Shown: positions 58,380-64,000 of the stretch, in pieces
Layout: each line of letters begins with the position of its first letter
Position numbering within the stretch: position 1 is the first letter of the stretch
Assembly (NCBI GenBank): GCA_963663965.2
Contig: CAXXFK010000020.1
Coordinates: forward strand, 96,001-160,000
Direction: 5' to 3'
Length of the DNA: 64,000 nucleotides
Source of the DNA: Sedimentisphaerales bacterium
GTDB lineage: Bacteria > Planctomycetota > Phycisphaerae > Sedimentisphaerales > SM23-30
Position numbers and translations under genes: made by a program
The notes under the pieces: generated by a model
Seen by the model: only the letters and a program-made list of their open reading frames with translations
What the model was told of the DNA's origin: nothing
Database searches by the model: none

Positions 58380-59063
58380 TCAATCGTGATACCGATCCAG
58401 CAGCCATTGACTCACCTGGTCCATAGTATCGAACAGCGGTACGCCACACCGATCCAGGATAGAACGGCATTGGTGGCCGCAGGTCAATAAGACACAGTCT
58501 ATGCCCATGGCGGTCGCAACCTCGAAATCGTGGTACATATCGCCAACCATCACCACCTCGTTACGGTCAAAGTCCATAGACTTGATCCACTGCCGGCCAT
58601 TTTCGATTTTACTGGTGGCATGATAGTCATCCAGCCCGATCACCTTGACAAAACAATCCGACAAACCGTAATGCCGGATGGCCTCGAACAGCCGGTCCTG
58701 TTGGTACGCCGACAGCACGGAATGGGTATAGCCGCGTTCTGACAACATCGTCAAAGCCTCAATAGCGCCTTGCTGAAGCGAGCAATTCTGGAAGGCGGCC
58801 AGGTATTGGTCGATATATTCCACCGCCAGATCGTCCATGGTTTCGCGGCTGAAGTCAAAACCGAGGCGTTCGTAAAACCGGATGATGGGAAAAATGACTT
58901 CGCGTCGATACCGAGGCATTGTCAGGGAATTCAGGCCGCGTTTTTCCATCATATTGCTGACGATACTGACGCAGGCGTGTGCATCGTTGAGCAACGTTCC
59001 ATTCCAATCCCAGACGATATGCCGGTAACGGGTTTCATTGGCAATGGCAGAGTTATTATTCAT
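58380..59063 (-). CDS. HAD family hydrolase
   Basis: IVWDWNGTLLND motif I; MVGDMYHD motif IV. Confidence 0.92.
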   Translation of the reverse strand: MNNNSAIANETRYRHIVWDWNGTLLNDAHACVSIVSNMMEKRGLNSLTMPRYRREVIFPIIRFYERLGFDFSRETMDDLAVEYIDQYLAAFQNCSLQQGAIEALTMLSERGYTHSVLSAYQQDRLFEAIRHYGLSDCFVKVIGLDDYHATSKIENGRQWIKSMDFDRNEVVMVGDMYHDFEVATAMGIDCVLLTCGHQCRSILDRCGVPLFDTMDQVSQWLLDRYHD

Positions 59064-59077
59064 GTTAGCTGCAACTA

Positions 59078-60151
59078 TTATTTGATGGTTACCTGGCCGG
59101 ATCCTTTTTTAACTTTACCGAGAAAAAACGGGGTTTCGCCCAGTTTTTTCAATTGCGACATGATGGACCGGCTGAAACTGGGGGCAACGATCAGCACATA
59201 GCCGATGCCCATATTGAATACCCGGTACATCTCATCGGTATCCACTGGCCCCAGTTTTTGGAGATAGCTGAATATCGGTGGAACCGGCCATTTTTTCTGT
59301 TCGAGGACGACGTCGAATTTGCCGTTTAAGACCCTAGGAATATTGCCCACCAGGCCGCCGCCGGTGATGTGAGCCATAGCTTTAACGACTTTTTTGACCC
59401 GGTATTTACGCAGCAGTCGAACAATCGCACGGGTATAGATCCGGGTGGGGCGCAGCAACGCATCGCCGATGCATTCACCCAGTTCTTCGACAGGATCATC
59501 GACATTCAGTCCGGCGCGATCGAAACAGATGGTGCGGGCCAGGGAATACCCGTTGGAATGCAGGCCGCTGCTGGCCAGTCCGATGACACTGTCGCCAGCT
59601 TCGATATGGCTGCCATCGACGATCCGGTCTTTTTCAACCACCCCGACGGCAAAGCCGGCCAGGTCGAATTCGCCACGCCGGTAGACCGAGGGCATTTCGG
59701 CGGTTTCGCCTCCGATCAGGGCGCACTCCGATTGAAGGCAGCCATCGCTGACACCTTTGACAAACTGGTTGATCTGATCCGGATCGAGGCTGTTGACCGC
59801 GACGTAATCCAGGAAGAACAGCGGTTCGGCTCCCTGGACCAGCATATCGTTGACACTCATGGCCACCAGATCGATGCCGACCGTATCGTATTTTTTCATC
59901 AGCGCGGCAATTTTGATTTTGGTGCCCACGCCATCCGTGCAGGCTACCAGGACCGGATTACGATAATTACGCTTGAACAGTTTTTCGTCGTAGTCCAGGC
60001 GAAACAACCCGGCAAACGCGTTGTGCATGTGGATCACGCGCGGGGTATGGGTGCGCCGGACATTATCTTTGATCTTTTCGACCATCCGGTCGTTGGCGTC
60101 GATACTGACACCGGCCTGTTCATAGGTAATGTTACCGTTATTTGAAGACAT
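59078..60151 (-). CDS. purM: Phosphoribosylformylglycinamidine cyclo-ligase
   Basis: TYEQAGV, TDGVGTK, DLVAMSVND, GGETAEMP, GLHSNGYSL, AHITGGG, FNMGIG. Confidence 0.98.
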   Translation of the reverse strand: MSSNNGNITYEQAGVSIDANDRMVEKIKDNVRRTHTPRVIHMHNAFAGLFRLDYDEKLFKRNYRNPVLVACTDGVGTKIKIAALMKKYDTVGIDLVAMSVNDMLVQGAEPLFFLDYVAVNSLDPDQINQFVKGVSDGCLQSECALIGGETAEMPSVYRRGEFDLAGFAVGVVEKDRIVDGSHIEAGDSVIGLASSGLHSNGYSLARTICFDRAGLNVDDPVEELGECIGDALLRPTRIYTRAIVRLLRKYRVKKVVKAMAHITGGGLVGNIPRVLNGKFDVVLEQKKWPVPPIFSYLQKLGPVDTDEMYRVFNMGIGYVLIVAPSFSRSIMSQLKKLGETPFFLGKVKKGSGQVTIK

Positions 60152-60181
60152 AACAGGACTCGCAACAGGAGTAATGAAATT

Positions 60182-61600
60182 TTATTCGAATAATTTTTTC
60201 TGATAACGCTCAAAGGCGAACTTGCTGACCGCGCAATCGACCGGTATCGGATACTTGCCCGACCAGCAGGCGTTGCAATAATGATCGGGCGGCGATTTGA
60301 CGCAACTGAGCATGCCTTCCAGCGAGAGATAAGCCAGTGAATCCACTTCGAGATATTCCCGGATTTCTTCGATGGTGCGTTTGTTGGCGATCAGTTCTTC
60401 GCGACTGGGGAAATCGATGCCATAAAAACAGGGATACCGAATCGGCGGGGAGGCGACCCGCAGGTGAATTTCTTTGGCGCCGGCCCGGCGTAAGGCGCCC
60501 ATCTTTCCGCGGGTGGTGGTGCCGCGAACCACGGAATCTTCAATGACGACCAGGCGTTTATCTTTTACCACTTCGCGAATGACGTTGAGTTTCATTTTGA
60601 CGGCCAGGTCGCGCATGGGCTGTTCGGGTTCGATGAAGCTGCGACCGGCATAGTGACTGACAGTGAATCCTCTGGAATAGGGAATGCCACTTTCTTCGGC
60701 GTAACCACCGGCCGCACAGCGGGCGCAGTTGGGGACCGGAGTAACCAGATCCGCTTCGACCGGGGCTTCCCGGGCCAGTTGGCGTCCCATTTCACTGCGG
60801 ACCAGGTGGACATTTTCGCCAAAGATGGTACTGGAAGGATCGGCAAAATAGACCTGTTCAAAAATACAATGGGCCGGACGGCCGCCTTTGGCATAAAACC
60901 GGCTGTGCAGACCGTTTTTGTCCAGGGTAATAATTTCTCCGGGCTCCACCTCGCGGATGAATTCGGCATCGACGATATCCAGGGCGCAGGTCTCGGAGGC
61001 CACCATCCACGCGCCATCGGGCAGCCGGCCCAGGCATAGCGGACGGATACCGTAGGGATCGCGGGCGGCTTCCAGTTTGTCGGGAGTTAATAATAACAGG
61101 CAAAAAGAACCCTGAAGATGGCCCAGGACATGCGCCAGGGTATCCGGCTTGGCGATATGGGAAGGCTTGGCCAGTAAGTGAACAATAATTTCACTGTCGC
61201 TGGTTCCTTTGAAAATATGGCCATGCGCCTCGTACTCATCACGCAACAGCATGGCATTAATAAGGTTACCGTTATGAGCGATCGCCAGCTGGCCCAGGGA
61301 ATACTCCACCAGCAGGGGTTGGGCGTTATTAAGACTGGAAGAACCACTGGTGGAATAACGCACATGTCCGATGGCGGTGTTCCCCAGTTTGGCCAGTTCA
61401 CCCTGAAGCGGCTGGCCAAAAACATCCGAGACCAGTCCCATACCGGTATGGCCGTGAATTTGTCTGCCATCGCTGATAGCAATACCGGCTGATTCCTGAC
61501 CGCGATGCTGCAGGGCGTGGAGGGCCATATACACCTTGTCCACCGCACCTTGATGATTATAAATGCCTGCTAAGCCGCAGCTTTCTTTTGCTTCTTTCAT
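60182..61600 (-). CDS. purF: Amidophosphoribosyltransferase
   Basis: Short propeptide then CG; LQHRGQE, GHVRYSTSG, HNGNL, IEDSVVRGTT PRPP motif; Fe-S cysteines (HCIFE, PCFYG, YCNAC). Confidence 0.98.
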   Translation of the reverse strand: MKEAKESCGLAGIYNHQGAVDKVYMALHALQHRGQESAGIAISDGRQIHGHTGMGLVSDVFGQPLQGELAKLGNTAIGHVRYSTSGSSSLNNAQPLLVEYSLGQLAIAHNGNLINAMLLRDEYEAHGHIFKGTSDSEIIVHLLAKPSHIAKPDTLAHVLGHLQGSFCLLLLTPDKLEAARDPYGIRPLCLGRLPDGAWMVASETCALDIVDAEFIREVEPGEIITLDKNGLHSRFYAKGGRPAHCIFEQVYFADPSSTIFGENVHLVRSEMGRQLAREAPVEADLVTPVPNCARCAAGGYAEESGIPYSRGFTVSHYAGRSFIEPEQPMRDLAVKMKLNVIREVVKDKRLVVIEDSVVRGTTTRGKMGALRRAGAKEIHLRVASPPIRYPCFYGIDFPSREELIANKRTIEEIREYLEVDSLAYLSLEGMLSCVKSPPDHYCNACWSGKYPIPVDCAVSKFAFERYQKKLFE

Positions 61601-62030
61601 ATTAATATTTGCTCTTATTTTAAAAAGTGGATTGTAGCAATCAGGGGTATTTAAGTCAATATGGCGCTGAGATCAAATCAATCACAACCATCAGAATTAT
61701 TTGCAGCAGAAAACGCAATCTGACTTGTCAACAAAATAATAAACACTGTGTATTTAATGAAGGTGTATTTAATAATGTGGCAAAATGGGGCGGATTTTAT
61801 TTTGAATGGTTGCAATTGCCGATGAAATACCATAAAATACGTATTAAAAGTATGTTATGGTTGATCGCTATCAATAGCTGATAGAAACCATCAGTTTATT
61901 TGATATCTTAAACCGCAAGCACTCCTGGCGTCATATCTGATCGTTAAAGTTCCACGGTGGACTTTGAACCACAGGTAACACGTTACAGATAATAGAGTTC
62001 CATTTGAGACAGAGATGGAGTTTGGACGAG

Positions 62031-63275
62031 ATGACTGGGCAGGCCAGTACAAATTATCCCTACCTGACCGCAGAGATCGCCGGTATCGGCGGTCATATTA
62101 AACGGCGCGAAGAAGATTTCCTGGTCGATGAAATTCCGCTTTACCCATCCTGCGGAGAAGGAACCCATGTTTATGTTCGTATTGAAAAGAAATCGTGTAC
62201 GACGCTGACCGCCATGAACCGGATCGCCCGCGCGTTGCGAGTCTCGAACCGGTCCATCGGCTATGCCGGCCTGAAGGATGCCCGGGCCGTTACCCGCCAG
62301 TGGATCTCCATTGAACATGTCAATCCGGATGATATCTGGAAGCTGGATGTCCCGAATATCCGGATACTGGAAATCAGCCGCCATACCAACAAGATCAAGA
62401 TCGGTCATCTGGCCGGGAATCGTTTTGTGATAAAATTGCGCCAGACCAACCTGCCGGTTTCTCAGTGCCTGGCGCCGGTCAGGCGTATCCTGACCATTTT
62501 AACCCAACGCGGCGTCCCCAACTATTTTGGCGAGCAGCGTTTCGGCGCCCGCGGCGATTATCCCAGACTGGGCGCGGCGATCATTCGTAATGATCCGAAA
62601 GAGTTTCTGGATCTGTTACTGGGACGCCCCAACCGCTTTGAGAATCCGCAAATCCAGAAGGCGCGTACTTATTACGAAGCCCAGAATTACTATGACGCCT
62701 TCTATCACTGGCCATCGGATTTCAGTGATCAGATGAGCGCGCTCAAGATGCTGATGAAAGGAGCGACCTTCGAGCGTGTTTTTGACTGTGTCGACAAACG
62801 CCAGAAGAAATTTTTTGTATCGTCGTTTCAATCGCTGTTGTTTAACCAGGCCCTGGCCGCGCGCATGCCGGATATCGATCGCTTAATTGTGGGCGATCTG
62901 GCCATGAAACATCTCAACGGCGTCTGTTTCCGGGTGGAAAATCCCGCCTTGGAACAACCTCGTTGTGACACCAGAGAAATCAGTCCAACCGGCCCGATCT
63001 TTGGTTATAAAATGCTGTTTCCAGACGGCAAACAAGGCGAGTTGGAAGAAAAGATTCTGGCCGAGGCCGGTTTAAAATTGGATGAATTTCTGGAAGTCAG
63101 TTCCCATCGAGCCTCCGGTTGTCGCCGACCGTTGCGCTTTATGCCTTCCGACGCCCAGGTGGAAGGCGGCAAAGATGATCTAAGCTCTTATGTCCAGCTA
63201 AGTTTTACTCTGCCATCGGGATGTTACGCGACGACCCTGACCCGGGAAATCACCAAGACCGATCTGGATGAATAA
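62031..63275 (+). CDS. truD: tRNA pseudouridine(13) synthase
   Basis: EDFLVDE, YAGLKDARAVTRQW, GHLAGNRF, PNYFGEQRFG, LPSGCYAT. Confidence 0.96.
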   Translation: MTGQASTNYPYLTAEIAGIGGHIKRREEDFLVDEIPLYPSCGEGTHVYVRIEKKSCTTLTAMNRIARALRVSNRSIGYAGLKDARAVTRQWISIEHVNPDDIWKLDVPNIRILEISRHTNKIKIGHLAGNRFVIKLRQTNLPVSQCLAPVRRILTILTQRGVPNYFGEQRFGARGDYPRLGAAIIRNDPKEFLDLLLGRPNRFENPQIQKARTYYEAQNYYDAFYHWPSDFSDQMSALKMLMKGATFERVFDCVDKRQKKFFVSSFQSLLFNQALAARMPDIDRLIVGDLAMKHLNGVCFRVENPALEQPRCDTREISPTGPIFGYKMLFPDGKQGELEEKILAEAGLKLDEFLEVSSHRASGCRRPLRFMPSDAQVEGGKDDLSSYVQLSFTLPSGCYATTLTREITKTDLDE

Positions 63276-63372
63276 TCCGTATATATACGATTAGTCTATC
63301 ACCAGTTAAGCCGGCAGACGATTTATCTATACGAGTATCACACTGTCGTCTGCCAAGCGCTATCTGAAATGA

Positions 63373-64000
63373 TTAATACCGTTGCAACAGTTCGAGCATC
63401 TGGCGGTCCAGCTGGTGGCCGTGGAAGGGTTCGTACCGAACATCTTTGCGGCCGGAATCCAGGATACCGAACGATCCGCGGAAATTCCACAGCGCCCAGC
63501 CCAGGTTGCCGCGCTGATAGTTGGCCAGGCAATCTTCCATCCAGCGCAGGGTGACATCATGCGGCGTTTTGTTATAAGCTCCCCACTCACCGATCATGGC
63601 GCCGACATGCTGTTCCTGCTGGAGCCGGACCCAGGTCAGCACATCATCGGTCCAGAGCTGTTCGCGGCCGGAAGTTTTCGCATAATGGAGCGGAGCGGGT
63701 TTGGAAGGATCGAAATCGATATCATAATGGGGTGTTGCCCAGTTGGGATTAATCGAAATGGCATATTGCCGGTCGGCGCAGCGGACTTCGGCGCGTGAGA
63801 TTGTCATCCAATCCCCTTCGGTATTGGCAATGGTCAGGCGATATGATCCGATGGGCAGATCGACCGCAAACTCCTGATCGTAGCGGGCCCGATATACTTC
63901 CCATTGGGGCTGGAGGGTAGATTCTTTCCAAGGTCCTGCGCCCGGGCCGGGTTTAAACGGCGTATCGAGTAAGGGGGCGGAATCCCCTTGTTTACGAACA
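63373..64000 (-). CDS. Glycoside hydrolase family 5 protein, C-terminal part; 5' end outside the window
   Basis: Frame is open from the window edge (VRKQGDSAPLLD...); MIGEWGAYNKTPH, GWALWNFRGSFGILDS. Confidence 0.85.
   Translation of the reverse strand, partial: VRKQGDSAPLLDTPFKPGPGAGPWKESTLQPQWEVYRARYDQEFAVDLPIGSYRLTIANTEGDWMTISRAEVRCADRQYAISINPNWATPHYDIDFDPSKPAPLHYAKTSGREQLWTDDVLTWVRLQQEQHVGAMIGEWGAYNKTPHDVTLRWMEDCLANYQRGNLGWALWNFRGSFGILDSGRKDVRYEPFHGHQLDRQMLELLQRY

Noticed and set aside
61600..62030. Possible purine/ZTP riboswitch upstream of purF
   Set aside because: AT-rich divergent promoter region with only a short hairpin and no aptamer motif.
63373..64000. Apparent truncation or frameshift of the GH5 gene (ORF track starts at 63807)
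   Set aside because: The same frame stays open to the window edge, so the gene is only cut by the window.

Overview
64-kb chromosomal window that looks like a Planctomycetota (Phycisphaerae/Sedimentisphaerales-like) genome. This is inferred from prepilin-type H-X9-DG proteins, many dockerin-like EF-hand tails, PEP-CTERM proteins and an ECF sigma/FecR pair. Housekeeping genes (purD, purM, purF, truD, nnrE, xfp, glgP, a PTS IIA) are interleaved with secreted glycan-active proteins (GH10, two GH29, GH95, GH106, GH71/99-like, partial GH5, CocE/NonD) and signalling genes (CheY-like receiver, CZB chemoreceptor, Cache histidine kinase). I saw no rRNA, tRNA, CRISPR array or transposase. Five things stand out. 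(1) At 34.3-36.0 kb a near-consensus promoter precedes an ~830-nt non-coding, hairpin-rich leader with a diverged ~200-nt structured direct repeat, ahead of a compositionally odd conserved hypothetical gene that shares a 14-mer with the leader. (2) An orphan Hcp/TssD tube domain carries a Sec-type signal peptide and is paired with a secreted propeller-dockerin protein. (3) A FecR anti-sigma has a C-terminal domain that looks paralogous to the N-terminal domain of the two secreted proteins encoded downstream. (4) A MetF-MetV-like-AcsE-like triple fusion. (5) A candidate sRNA at 7.83-8.0 kb. All calls come from reading the sequence only; no database searches were run.
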